Shown: positions 9,687 through 19,386, counted from the first letter of the stretch. The stretch: DNA of 64,000 nucleotides from Candidatus Nomurabacteria bacterium (GCA_963834935.1 CAWIDS010000001.1:236499-300498); one strand, 5' to 3'. Notes: generated from the sequence alone by a model not told the origin. A program made the numbers and translations.

Positions 9687-10766
9687 TTAATAGAGCTTAG
9701 GAAGGGCTACCCCTATTGATGAAGCAAAATTAAGGGCGTCTTCGGCTTTTATTGGTGGGATGTATTCGTCGAAGGAAGCCACATTCGTCCAGACATTGCC
9801 GATATCAGTCTCGACTTTCATATTCTGGCTTATGAATTCCTTGAAGCCGGTGATCGTTGCCCCCCTTCCGCAAAGTAGAATCTTCCTCACTTCATCCGCT
9901 GCCTTTCCATCGCTGCTTTTGTGGGTATGCCAATACACGTATACTTTTTCTATCTCCTGGCGGAAAGCCGAAGCGGTACCCATCAAGGCGTTGAGCACTT
10001 CCTCATTTTCCTTGCTTCTGGTGAAGCCCTTCTCTTTTTTCATTTTTTCAGCTGCCTCTTCGGAAAGAGCGAATTGCTTCATCAATGCAGCAGTGAAATC
10101 CCCGCTCCCGATAGGGATAGTCGAAGAAAACTGCACGCTTCCCTGGCTGACGATGAAGAATCCTGTCCTTTTCTGGTTGATGTTCACTATGAGATACGTT
10201 CCAAGATCGTCTTTCTTTATTAAGGCTTTTGAAATAGCCTGCGCCTCAATGAGGAACGAGAGTGGCACCAGTCCGCATTCCTTGAGAAGCGATATATAGC
10301 CCTCAATGACCGTTCGCGGAAGGACAGTCACCATCACGCTGGCGCGTCCGTTGCTGATGCTGCTGCTTATGATGCGATAATCGAAGATCGCCTCGGCGCC
10401 GGAAAGCGGCACATTCTCTTCCAGATTGAATTCGATGACATTTCTCATCTTCTCGTCTGTCTCTATCTCGATTTCGGTCTTGAAAAGGTAAGCTTTTTCC
10501 TCAGGAATAGAAGCTTCGACATAATCGAGATTGAATTGTTTCTTCCACCGCTTCAAGGTCTCCTTCACCTCGGCATTGTCGCCCTCCCCGACCAAGAAAG
10601 GAGTGGTGAAATGGCTCTCAGCAAAGCGGCCGACCTTCAGCGAGTCGTTCCCTTTTACGATCTCAATGAATCTCATCGAATAAGAAGAGATGTCGATGCC
10701 GACGCAAGGCATTTCGAGGAATTTAGGCGTCGGGAAATATCTGAAAAAGGTTTTTGCCCGGAACAT
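9687..10766 (-). CDS. pilM: Type IV pilus assembly protein PilM (actin-like ATPase fold)
   Basis: 359 aa. CVGIDISSYSMRFIEI at the N-terminus and later GSGDFTAALMKQF give the PilM/FtsA-like fold. Confidence 0.75.
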   Translation of the reverse strand: MFRAKTFFRYFPTPKFLEMPCVGIDISSYSMRFIEIVKGNDSLKVGRFAESHFTTPFLVGEGDNAEVKETLKRWKKQFNLDYVEASIPEEKAYLFKTEIEIETDEKMRNVIEFNLEENVPLSGAEAIFDYRIISSSISNGRASVMVTVLPRTVIEGYISLLKECGLVPLSFLIEAQAISKALIKKDDLGTYLIVNINQKRTGFFIVSQGSVQFSSTIPIGSGDFTAALMKQFALSEEAAEKMKKEKGFTRSKENEEVLNALMGTASAFRQEIEKVYVYWHTHKSSDGKAADEVRKILLCGRGATITGFKEFISQNMKVETDIGNVWTNVASFDEYIPPIKAEDALNFASSIGVALPKLY

Positions 10767-10786
10767 ATTGGCCTAATTGTATCACA

Positions 10787-11149
10787 TCAGACAAGGCGCG
10801 CGCCATTTGAAATGGGAGACGACGGTTCTATGAAAGAGAAGCCTTCCTGATCGTCGCTTGCCACCATGATCATGCCGTTGCTTTCCACGCCGCGTATCAT
10901 CCGGGGCTCGAGATTGGTGACGAAGGGGAATTTCTTGCCGATAAGGTCTGCCGGCGTGGCGACGCGATGAGCGATGCCCGAGACGATAGTGCGAACTTCC
11001 TGTTCGCCGAAATCCACCGCAAGCTTGATGAGCTTGTCGGTATCCTCTATCTTCTCCGCCGACTTTATCTCGCCAATCTTAACCTCTATTTTCTTGAAAT
11101 ATTCGAAGGATATTTTTTCCATGACGCTATTATATATTATTTCCTCCAT
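10787..11149 (-). CDS. tRNA-binding domain protein (CsaA/Trbp111/MetRS C-terminal-like)
   Basis: GKKFPFVTNLEPRMIRGVESNGMIMVAS is the EMAP/Trbp111 OB-fold signature. A start at MEEIIYNS avoids a long overlap with ruvX. Confidence 0.7.
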   Translation of the reverse strand: MEEIIYNSVMEKISFEYFKKIEVKIGEIKSAEKIEDTDKLIKLAVDFGEQEVRTIVSGIAHRVATPADLIGKKFPFVTNLEPRMIRGVESNGMIMVASDDQEGFSFIEPSSPISNGARLV

Positions 11150-11552
11150 TTTCGTTGCTTTTCTTCCTATCCAGAAAGCTCTGAAGGATGATAGCGGCAG
11201 CAGAAGCATGGGTTTTCTCTCCCCCTCCTTGGATATGGCGCGCTTCGACGGAGGTCATGAATTCCGGCTCGAAATGGACCTCTAGCCATAATTGCTTGCT
11301 GATTTTTTCCGCTAACGCTCGGGCGTCTTCCATGATGTGATTGTCTTTGCCTTGGAAATCCTTTGACTCCCCCATCACTACTTCCCCGACTTTTTTTTCG
11401 AGGCAGATCTTCTTTATTTCATCAATGAGAGCGGGGTGGTCAAACCTTGAATTATTGTCGAGATGGGCATACGGAAAAGCCATCGTTCCGCTCTCGTCGG
11501 AAAGAGAAATACCGATATGTTTCTTACCGTAATCGATGCCGAGATATCTCAT
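11130..11552 (-). CDS. ruvX: Holliday junction resolvase-like protein YqgF/RuvX
   Basis: 140 aa. N-terminus MRYLGIDYGKKHIGISLSD matches the YqgF family. Confidence 0.85.
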   Translation of the reverse strand: MRYLGIDYGKKHIGISLSDESGTMAFPYAHLDNNSRFDHPALIDEIKKICLEKKVGEVVMGESKDFQGKDNHIMEDARALAEKISKQLWLEVHFEPEFMTSVEARHIQGGGEKTHASAAAIILQSFLDRKKSNENGGNNI

Positions 11553-11608
11553 GAAGCGAGTCTATCAGAAAATTGTCCAATGAGGTATTTTCTGCTAGGA
11601 TGCTCTGC

Positions 11609-11695
11609 GGAGAGGTGCCAGAGCGGTCGAATGGAACAGTCTTGAAAACTGTCAGGCTCGAAAGGGTCTCGAGGGTTCGAATCCCTCCCTCTCCG
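11609..11695 (+). tRNA. tRNA-Ser: tRNA-Ser (anticodon TGA), type II
   Basis: GGAGAGG-TG-CCAGAGCGGTCGAATGG-AACAGTC-TTGAAAA-CTGTC...GAGGG-TTCGAAT-CCCTC-CCTCTCC-G. It lies at the left edge of the AT-rich island. Confidence 0.8.
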
Positions 11696-11850
11696 CCTTG
11701 ACAACTTAGTATCGGTGTGACCTAATTACATATGATGTATGGGCGACCCGATTGCTTAGTTGAAAAACAAAAAACTCTCATTTTGAGAGTTTTTTGTTTA
11801 TTCTAGGTATATAAGTTGAATGTTCAAACTTTTGATACAATTAATTACCA

Positions 11851-12438
11851 ATGACATCAGCAATACTTTTTTCGATTATAAAATATAAATATCTTGTCCT
11901 TTTCCCTATCTTGGTAGTTGAAGGGCCAATTGCAACTTTAATATCTGGTTTTTTAGCATCTCCAAATATTCATATTTTTAATATATATTTTTTGTATTTT
12001 TTCGTAATATTTTCTGATATATGTGGAGATAACATGTATTATTGGATTGGAAGATTAACAGGAAATAAAATTATTGAAAAATTTAAAATCTGGAGGAAAA
12101 AAGAGACCGATTACGAATATGCTCTTAAAGAATATTTTAATAATAATGGACGTCTCACGATTATTCTTGGAAAAATCAGTCACGGTTTCGGTTGGCCTTC
12201 TATGGTTGCTGCAGGTGCAGCCAGAATGTCCTATTACAAATTTAATTTTTATTGTTTTATTACGAGTATTTTTAAATCAGCAGTACTTTTATTTATCGGA
12301 TATTACTACGGCAAAGCATATATTTCGATGACTAAATATTTAGGAGAATTTGGTGCACTAACTTCAACTATACTAATAATTGGTATAGTTGTTTTTATTT
12401 TTAGGAAATATGCTTTTTTTAAAAAAGATTTAAATTAA
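11851..12438 (+). CDS. DedA/SNARE-associated (VTT-domain) membrane protein
   Basis: 195 aa, multi-TM. GRLTGNKIIEKF...YALKEYFNNNGRLTIILGKISHGFG fits the DedA family pattern. The locus is AT-rich. Confidence 0.6.
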   Translation: MTSAILFSIIKYKYLVLFPILVVEGPIATLISGFLASPNIHIFNIYFLYFFVIFSDICGDNMYYWIGRLTGNKIIEKFKIWRKKETDYEYALKEYFNNNGRLTIILGKISHGFGWPSMVAAGAARMSYYKFNFYCFITSIFKSAVLLFIGYYYGKAYISMTKYLGEFGALTSTILIIGIVVFIFRKYAFFKKDLN

Positions 12439-12456
12439 CTAAAGAAAAAAGTTACT

Positions 12457-13203
12457 TTATACCCAACCTCCGTTTACTTGCCATTTTTTCATCCATTCAT
12501 GAGGAAAGGCTTCCGCATCACCACTTTCGATAGCCTGTAGAATAGTTTCAGCGACAACTTTAGCAGAATCTGGAGGTGGTATTTTCCCATCACCTTTTGG
12601 AATTTCTCTGTCTGGTCCGGCATTTAAGGTGTCTTTATAAAAATTTGTTGCAGTTATATATGGATACACAACACTCACTATAATGTTGTCTTTTTTCAAC
12701 TCTTCTCGAGCAACTAAACTAAATGTTGCTAGAGCACGTTTAGAAGCTACATAGGTGCTCATACGAGGAAAGGGTTGCATAAAAACTGTACCGGAACTTA
12801 TATTTACAATTGATCCACCTCCTTGCTTTCGCATTATAGGAGTAACTTCTTGCATTAATGTTACAGGAGTGAGAACGTTAAGTTCAAAAATTTCTCGTAT
12901 ATTATTGGTCTCGATTTGCTCAATTGAAGAAGAATAATTTCTGCCAGCGTTATTGATAAGGATATCTATTTTTCTAAAATGATTTATTACTTTTTTAATC
13001 ATTTCTCTTGCTTCGTTCTCATTACGTAAATCGGCTGCAATAGGTATCGATTCAGGTATATCTTTTGCCAGTACATCTAATTCATCTTGAGATTGTGCAA
13101 TCATTACAACTTTTGCACCTTTTTGTGCTAGAAGTTTTGCTGTTGCAAGACCTATTCCAGAAGAAGCACCTGTGACAACTGCAATTTTTTCTTGTAGGTC
13201 CAT
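12457..13203 (-). CDS. Short-chain dehydrogenase/reductase (SDR)
   Basis: TGASSGIGLATA (Rossmann TGxxxGxG), NNAG, catalytic YVASKRAL (YxxxK). Confidence 0.85.
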   Translation of the reverse strand: MDLQEKIAVVTGASSGIGLATAKLLAQKGAKVVMIAQSQDELDVLAKDIPESIPIAADLRNENEAREMIKKVINHFRKIDILINNAGRNYSSSIEQIETNNIREIFELNVLTPVTLMQEVTPIMRKQGGGSIVNISSGTVFMQPFPRMSTYVASKRALATFSLVAREELKKDNIIVSVVYPYITATNFYKDTLNAGPDREIPKGDGKIPPPDSAKVVAETILQAIESGDAEAFPHEWMKKWQVNGGWV

Positions 13204-13242
13204 CTGTTTTTATAAAGATAATCTTAGGTTATGAATAATCGA

Positions 13243-14232
13243 CTACAACTTAAATAATTTCTCAGCATTACCATGAGCAATCTTTTCTCTATCCGCAGGA
13301 CTAATTGGTAACTTATCCAGAAACTCTTTTGCTTCTTGCATTGATGCATATGGATAATCGGCAGAAAACATAATTCGGTCTACACCAACCTGAAGCATTA
13401 AATCAATAAAAGTTGGAGTGAAATTAAAACCACTAAAAGTGTAATGAATATTTTCTCTAAGATAATAACTAACTGGGTGTTTGAGTTTTGTCATTTCAGG
13501 TGGCATGTTATCAACTCTGTTTAACATAAAAGGTAAAGATTCCCCAAGATGACCAATGACAATCTGTAGTTTTGGATATTTATCAAAAACACCCCCAAGA
13601 ATCAGTCGGAGAACATGAAGGGCAGTTTCAATATGCCAACCCCAGCCAGCGTTGGCAAACATATAGGACACATTAGGCGCAAAACCTTTGTAGTAGGTAT
13701 CTACTACAGCTTTTGGAGGTTGTGTAGGGTGAAGATATATTGGTACACCGAGAGCTTCTGCTTTTTCAAAAATTGGCCAGAAGAATTTATCGTCTAAATA
13801 GCGACCTTGAACATGTCCGTTAATTACGGCTCCTTTGAAATCATGATCGTAAACCATCCTTTCTAATTCATCTGCTGCTTTTTCTGGAGATATGGTTGGT
13901 ATTGTTGCGAAGGCGACAAAACGCGTCGGATTTTTCTTCACTGCATCAACTAAAAAATCATTAGATTCACGAGCAACTTTTATCGCTTCTTTTTCCTCAA
14001 GTTGTTCAACCCCAGGGGATGTGAGAGACAAGATTTGCATATCTATACCAGCTTTATCCATATCTGAAATTCTTCTTTTGTCTACATCAATTAATTGTTC
14101 AAGTAAATTTGCACGAGGACCTGTAAAATTTTTTGCATGTTCCTTTAATCCTTTGCCCGGACCTTCGATAAAAGATGGGGAAGCATAATGTTCTTCAAGA
14201 GTAATTGTTTTCATATAAATATTATAACTCAA
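13243..14232 (-). CDS. Amidohydrolase-2 family metal-dependent hydrolase (ACMSD-like)
   Basis: 329 aa. The pattern EEHYASP...MDKAGIDMQILS...HLGESLPFM is typical of PF04909-type TIM-barrel hydrolases. Confidence 0.6.
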   Translation of the reverse strand: MSYNIYMKTITLEEHYASPSFIEGPGKGLKEHAKNFTGPRANLLEQLIDVDKRRISDMDKAGIDMQILSLTSPGVEQLEEKEAIKVARESNDFLVDAVKKNPTRFVAFATIPTISPEKAADELERMVYDHDFKGAVINGHVQGRYLDDKFFWPIFEKAEALGVPIYLHPTQPPKAVVDTYYKGFAPNVSYMFANAGWGWHIETALHVLRLILGGVFDKYPKLQIVIGHLGESLPFMLNRVDNMPPEMTKLKHPVSYYLRENIHYTFSGFNFTPTFIDLMLQVGVDRIMFSADYPYASMQEAKEFLDKLPISPADREKIAHGNAEKLFKL

Positions 14233-14263
14233 ATTTAATGAAGATTTCTATTCCAAGTAAAAA

Positions 14264-14842
14264 TTAATCAGCTAACAAATCTAATATTTCTTTTGTTTTC
14301 CTCACTAAACCGATACGTGAAAAAATCTTTGAAATTGTGGACTGATGTTCTTCTGCTGACATCGCTGACATAGCATCTTCAATAAAGATTTGATTGTAAC
14401 CGTATTCATAAGCAAATCGAGCAGTACTTTCAACGCCGATATTTGTTGAGATTCCACACAAAACAATTGTATCTATTTTACGGCGTCGTAATTGGAGGTC
14501 GAGCTCTGTACCATAAAAAGCTCCCCATTGATGTTTAGTTATTATAAAATCTCCCGGTTCTGGTCCCAATTCAGAAACGATATCTGCCCAACCAGCTTTA
14601 GGTGTTTGTCTCCATGCTGGTGTATCAGTAATTGGTTGTAATGAGTCTTTTCCGTCCGGAGAAGGAGTAACTCTCACCAAAAAAACAGGTATATTGTTTT
14701 TACGAAAAGATTTTAACAACTGGACAGTATTTTCAATAACTTCTTTCGTTGTGTAAGGATGTGTTTCAAAAGAAGCGACTCCCTTTTGCAGATCAATAAC
14801 GACTATAACAGTTTTTGACTTATCAATTTGGATGTTGTTCAT
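14264..14842 (-). CDS. Isochorismatase-family cysteine hydrolase
   Basis: 192 aa. VIDLQ near the N-terminus and the catalytic-Cys region TIVLCGISTNIGVESTAR. Confidence 0.8.
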   Translation of the reverse strand: MNNIQIDKSKTVIVVIDLQKGVASFETHPYTTKEVIENTVQLLKSFRKNNIPVFLVRVTPSPDGKDSLQPITDTPAWRQTPKAGWADIVSELGPEPGDFIITKHQWGAFYGTELDLQLRRRKIDTIVLCGISTNIGVESTARFAYEYGYNQIFIEDAMSAMSAEEHQSTISKIFSRIGLVRKTKEILDLLAD

Positions 14843-14915
14843 AATTGTAATATTATCATTTTTAGATAAAAACCCCTTTCGGGGTGTTTTAAATTAAAGT
14901 CTCATAAACTTGACT

Positions 14916-15110
14916 CTACTTTTTATTTTCTGGCATTTTTTTGAGTATTTCTCTCATTTTGCCGATAAACTCTAACTCTGCCTTTAGAATTTTTTCTTTT
15001 TTCTCTAGCATGGCCAATTTAAACTCTTTTTTCATTGGTCCGTGCATATGGTGACAATGTCCATGTTCTTCGTGTCCTTCTCCACCTTCATAGTTTTCGT
15101 CGTGTATCAT
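14916..15110 (-). CDS. Small His-rich protein, possibly metal-binding
   Basis: 64 aa: EGGEGHEEHGHCHHMHGP followed by a Lys/Glu-rich helix. Confidence 0.35.
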   Translation of the reverse strand: MIHDENYEGGEGHEEHGHCHHMHGPMKKEFKLAMLEKKEKILKAELEFIGKMREILKKMPENKK

Positions 15111-15194
15111 AATTTTATTTTAAATATTAATTTATAACTCGACTTTTATGTTCGTAATTATTAATACGTTCACGAAGACAGAAACGGTGCTAAT

Positions 15195-16196
15195 TTAAAA
15201 TCTATTTCCAAAAAAGTTTTTACTAAATTTAAATTGTATTCTGGAAAACTGTCCTCCAAATTGATTCTTGAAATCTCTTTGTTCTCTATTTTTGTTTTGA
15301 ATTTTAAAATTATAACCTTGTACTTTAGCACCACCTCTTTTGAAGGTTCTTCTTGTAAAACCATTCCATGAAGAATTTCCTGATGAAGCTGGAGTATTAC
15401 TTGATCTTGTTACAGTAAAACTAGCTTCGTCATTTCCTAAAGATGAAGGTGAAGAAACGACTTGATTTGATGAATTTATCATTGTAATAGTTGAAGCCCC
15501 TAACTGTCCGAGATTAAGACTTGTTCCATTCTGTGTAGCGTAAGCTCCTGTAAACTGTACTGAATTAAAATTATCTAAAGGTATAAAAGAGTTTGAGTTT
15601 GCATCTGTTGGCATTTCTTCAATCCACTCTGCTGATGAGTGTGATGATGTGTAATTAACTGTAGTTGAATAATTTTGTCCATTTGTATTATCTTTAAAAG
15701 AAATATTCCACACATTAGTTGATGTTTCATTAATTGAAACACTTATTGAATCTCCTGGATTTACTGTAACGGGTATTGTTTGATTTCCTTGTGGCAATAA
15801 TTCAAACCACGCCTGATACACATTCTGACCGTTGTAATTTTCTATATTTTGGGTACCAACCTGTATAAGATCATTGCTATTTATTCCCCCAATCCCAACC
15901 CAAGTTGCATCCGCAGACATTGTCTGACTTGTCTGCACGCTTGGTATAACCCAGCTTCCAGAAACTGATGTGTAAGTACCATTTGTTGAAGTATATCCAG
16001 CCCAATTTGAAGAATAACCAGAACCAGCCGACAAATTTACAGTTGGATTATTTATATTAGATGAAAAAACAGGAAATATTTGGTTTGAAGTTGAAGCAGA
16101 GGTATTTTGTGAAAAAACCAAAAAACTAGCCACCATAAAAACTGGAATAAGAAAACTTTTTAATTTTTTAAACGAAAAATTGACTCTTTTTTGCAT
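15195..16196 (-). CDS. Secreted peptidase G1 (eqolisin)/Peptidase_A4-like protein
   Basis: Signal peptide, then SSNWAGY and later AEWIEE segments. These resemble the Gln/Glu catalytic-dyad regions of glutamic peptidases. Assigned from memory of the motifs, not from a search. Confidence 0.45.
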   Translation of the reverse strand: MQKRVNFSFKKLKSFLIPVFMVASFLVFSQNTSASTSNQIFPVFSSNINNPTVNLSAGSGYSSNWAGYTSTNGTYTSVSGSWVIPSVQTSQTMSADATWVGIGGINSNDLIQVGTQNIENYNGQNVYQAWFELLPQGNQTIPVTVNPGDSISVSINETSTNVWNISFKDNTNGQNYSTTVNYTSSHSSAEWIEEMPTDANSNSFIPLDNFNSVQFTGAYATQNGTSLNLGQLGASTITMINSSNQVVSSPSSLGNDEASFTVTRSSNTPASSGNSSWNGFTRRTFKRGGAKVQGYNFKIQNKNREQRDFKNQFGGQFSRIQFKFSKNFFGNRF

Positions 16197-16273
16197 AGTC
16201 TGTATCTAGTCATACGATAATACAAACAAAAAAGTTTCATTAACTTTTTTGTTTGTATTATCGAATTTCTTAA

Positions 16274-17050
16274 CTAGATAATTACTTTTGGATACATCCA
16301 TGCACTAATTATTGATATAACAAATGTTACGATAGCAAGTATACATATATCAGGACCCACCCCGGAAAAACTATTTGTGAGCATCAAAGTTCTAAGACCA
16401 TCAACCATATAACTTAAAGGATTTATAGTTGCAATAACACGGAGCCAATCTGGCATAATCGAAATTGGATAAATTGCATTCGAGGCAAAGAAAAGAGGAA
16501 GAGTTATAACTTGTCCAATACCCATGAACCTTTCCCGAGTTTTTACAATAGAAGCAATAATCATCGATAAACCAGTGAAAAAACCTGCTCCAAGCATGAC
16601 AATTAAAATAACTCCTAAAATAGACAGGATGGTAATATTCAGTTGTATACCAATTATTAAGGCAAATAAAAAAACAATTAGTGCCTGACTAAGACCACGA
16701 ATCCCAGCTGAAAGCATTTTACCTAAAACTAATGCCAAACGAGGTGTTGGAGTCACCAGCATTTTTTGGAGTATTCCTGTATCACGATCCATAATAATAT
16801 AAAGACCATAAAAAATAGCGACAAACACTACAGATTGAGTAAGAATTCCAGGAGCAATAAATTGCAAATAAGTTAGTCCAGGTGTTGGTATTGCTCTCAC
16901 TTTACTTAAGGCTTCACCAAAAATGCCCAGCCAGAGTATTGGTTGTACTGCACGAGAAATAAGTTCAGTTGGATCATGCAAAAGTTTACGAGTTTCCATC
17001 TCTGCCAAAATATAAGATTTTTTAATTGTTTGAGAAATATAATGAAACAT
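16274..17050 (-). CDS. ABC-2 type transporter permease
   Basis: 258 aa, six TM helices. Immediately downstream of the ABC ATPase. Confidence 0.75.
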   Translation of the reverse strand: MFHYISQTIKKSYILAEMETRKLLHDPTELISRAVQPILWLGIFGEALSKVRAIPTPGLTYLQFIAPGILTQSVVFVAIFYGLYIIMDRDTGILQKMLVTPTPRLALVLGKMLSAGIRGLSQALIVFLFALIIGIQLNITILSILGVILIVMLGAGFFTGLSMIIASIVKTRERFMGIGQVITLPLFFASNAIYPISIMPDWLRVIATINPLSYMVDGLRTLMLTNSFSGVGPDICILAIVTFVISIISAWMYPKVII

Positions 17051-17065
17051 AATTTTTTATTTAAA

Positions 17066-17884
17066 TTACCCTAATCTACTCTCAGTCTTTCTTGCTCTCC
17101 GAATTTCTCGAAAATTTCCTCTATCTTGAAGTTTATTTCCTGTAAAGAAAATAAAAGCGTCTTCAAGATCTGCCTCTGGCTTACCAGTTTTTGATTTTAT
17201 TTCTTCTGGAGTTCCAATTACAGCAATTTTCCCTTCATTGATAATAGCAACTCGATCACTTACTTCGTCGGCTTCTTCCATATTATGTGTAGAAAAAAAG
17301 ATTGTAGTTCCCATAGTGTCTCGTAATTTAATAAGGTGATCCCAAACACTTCTCTGAGCCACAGGGTCTAAACCCGTAGTAGGTTCATCAAGAAAAAGAA
17401 CTTTTGGATGATGAAGCATTGCTTGTCCTATTTCCATTTTACGAATCATCCCACCAGAAAATGTTCGAACCAAAGCATGGGCGTGATCCTGTAGATTTAG
17501 AAACAAAAGAATTTCATTAATACGCTTTATCCTTTCAGCTTTTGGAACGATGTCATAAAGACGAGCCATCAGCATCAAGTTTTCGTATGCAGTCAAAGTT
17601 CCATCTACAGAAATCATTTGTGGTACATACCCAATAGTCTCACGAACTCTTGAGGAATTGTGAACAATATCATGTCCATCAATAACAGCTTTACCGCTTG
17701 TTGGTTTAAGTAAAGTTATTAGCATTTTAATTGTTGTACTTTTTCCCGCTCCGTTTGGACCGAGAAATCCAAAAATCTCTCCCTGACTCACATTAAATGA
17801 AATGTTATCTACCGCAGCAAAATCTTTAAATTTTTTTGTAAGATTTACTACTCCAATTAGTTTTTGATCCGGTTGTGATGACAT
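17066..17884 (-). CDS. ABC transporter ATP-binding protein
   Basis: Walker A GPNGAGKST, signature FSGGMIRKMEIGQAM, Walker B LFLDEPTTGLD. Confidence 0.9.
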   Translation of the reverse strand: MSSQPDQKLIGVVNLTKKFKDFAAVDNISFNVSQGEIFGFLGPNGAGKSTTIKMLITLLKPTSGKAVIDGHDIVHNSSRVRETIGYVPQMISVDGTLTAYENLMLMARLYDIVPKAERIKRINEILLFLNLQDHAHALVRTFSGGMIRKMEIGQAMLHHPKVLFLDEPTTGLDPVAQRSVWDHLIKLRDTMGTTIFFSTHNMEEADEVSDRVAIINEGKIAVIGTPEEIKSKTGKPEADLEDAFIFFTGNKLQDRGNFREIRRARKTESRLG

Positions 17885-18061
17885 AAAATTAATAATTTTT
17901 AGGGAACTATATACAATGTTACCCTAGATTATTTTAATGCTGGGGTGTTTTGGGTAATAAGTGCTATGTTGCTATCAATATTAACGAGATAAAGTTTAAT
18001 CTTAACCAGTTCGGAAAGTATAAGTATCAGTATTATTATATAAACTACGTGTAGCCATTTT

Positions 18062-19200
18062 TGTCCTGTTGTCATTTTGTTTTTTTCTTAACTTTTAATT
18101 TCTTCTTGATAGTCTTCTCGTCTTTGTACTTCGAGCCTCCAATAGCCTTTAGCACCTCGTCAAAAGTTGCTTCGACTACTTTGTGAATTTTTACCTTTCT
18201 TCCTCTTGTTTCTTTTTTCATGCCGTGAGTTTCTTGTAAGGCATTCTAGCATTACTTGAAACCTTTTGCACTACCTTCGAGAACAAATCCTGCATATCAA
18301 GGTCTCGGTTGTTGAAACGGAAGGCGAACTCGTCAACGTATCGCTGTAGATGTTTCTTGCTCATGGTATGATAGATGCCGTGATAGCCTCTCTTGAACAA
18401 AGCCCAAAAGCTCTCTGCGGTATTTGAGTGAATATCGCCTCGAACATACTCGTACTTTCCATGCTTCACTACTCCGTGATTGAAATGCTTGTTGAGCTTT
18501 GAATAAGAAAGAAAATCATCAGTATAGACGTTGCTTCCTTTCTCCACATTAGCGATGATATGTCCTTCAACGGTAGCGACTTTGACATCAGGAATGACTG
18601 TTGTCCTGACTTCTCCACCTCGCTGAAACAAACCCATGACAGCGGTCTTGGTTGTCGTACTTCTTCCTTGCGTGTGTTTCGTTCGCTTGTTGTAGTGTTT
18701 GTTCTTCTCCTTGCCTCCTGTATAGGTTTCGTCTACCTCTACCGTTCCAAAGAGCTTGCCATTATTTTGCTTTAAAGACTCACGGATGCGCATATCCATG
18801 TACCAAGCGGTCTTTTGAGACACGCCGACCTGTTGTGCAAGCTCAATGGACGATATACCTTTCTTTCGTGTTGTAAGGAGATAGATAGCGATAAACCACT
18901 TTTGAATAGGTAGTTTGCTTTCTCCAAAAAGCGTGCCTGTCTTTATCGTGAAATCTTGTCGGCATGAATGACATCGGTAACGCTTGCCGTCTGCAAAGCG
19001 CATAATCTTGTCATGTTTGCAGTGGGGACAGTATTCGCCTTCCTTGAAGCGGATTAGCTCGAAATACTTTCGGCAAGTGTCCTCGTCCTTGAAGAAGTTT
19101 ATAAATTCTGCTAGGGTTTTGAAATCGTTTTTCATACCCTTATCTTATACCCATTGATTGGGGTTGTCAAGTTATATAAATAATATGATACACCTATACA
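18062..19200 (-). mobile_element. IS1595-family insertion sequence (boundaries approximate)
   Basis: A single transposase ORF sits at the right-hand edge of the AT-rich island next to a tRNA-like gene. Terminal inverted repeats could not be defined by eye. Confidence 0.4.
18218..19135 (-). CDS. IS1595-family (ISXO2-like) transposase
   Basis: 305 aa. N-terminal zinc-binding CPHC...CHSC, then a DDE region typical of ISXO2-like transposases. Confidence 0.8.
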   Translation of the reverse strand: MKNDFKTLAEFINFFKDEDTCRKYFELIRFKEGEYCPHCKHDKIMRFADGKRYRCHSCRQDFTIKTGTLFGESKLPIQKWFIAIYLLTTRKKGISSIELAQQVGVSQKTAWYMDMRIRESLKQNNGKLFGTVEVDETYTGGKEKNKHYNKRTKHTQGRSTTTKTAVMGLFQRGGEVRTTVIPDVKVATVEGHIIANVEKGSNVYTDDFLSYSKLNKHFNHGVVKHGKYEYVRGDIHSNTAESFWALFKRGYHGIYHTMSKKHLQRYVDEFAFRFNNRDLDMQDLFSKVVQKVSSNARMPYKKLTA

Positions 19201-19302
19201 TAGAAGTCAATTAAATACTAATCCACACAAAAATAAAAAGTATGCTTGACACAAGATAGTGAATATAATACAATAAAATAGAAGTTTAGAAAGTCAAGTC
19301 AG

Positions 19303-19386
19303 TCCCCCCGACGAGAGTCGGACTCGTATACCCGGCAAGGTGTCCGTTTACAAAACGGATGCGTCTACCAGTTCCGCCACAGGGGG
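19303..19386 (-). tRNA. Atypical type II tRNA: Leu-like D-arm and long variable arm but anticodon loop TTTGTAA (anticodon UGU). Possibly an unusual tRNA or a pseudo-tRNA.
   Basis: Reverse complement: CCCCCTG-TG-GCG-GAACTGGTAGA-CGC-A-TCCGT-TTTGTAA-ACGGA-(15-nt variable)-ACGAG-TCCGACT-CTCGT-CGGGGGG-A. The acceptor has one T.G pair. The D-arm nearly matches E. coli tRNA-Leu (TGGCGGAATTGGTAGACGC). Confidence 0.45.
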
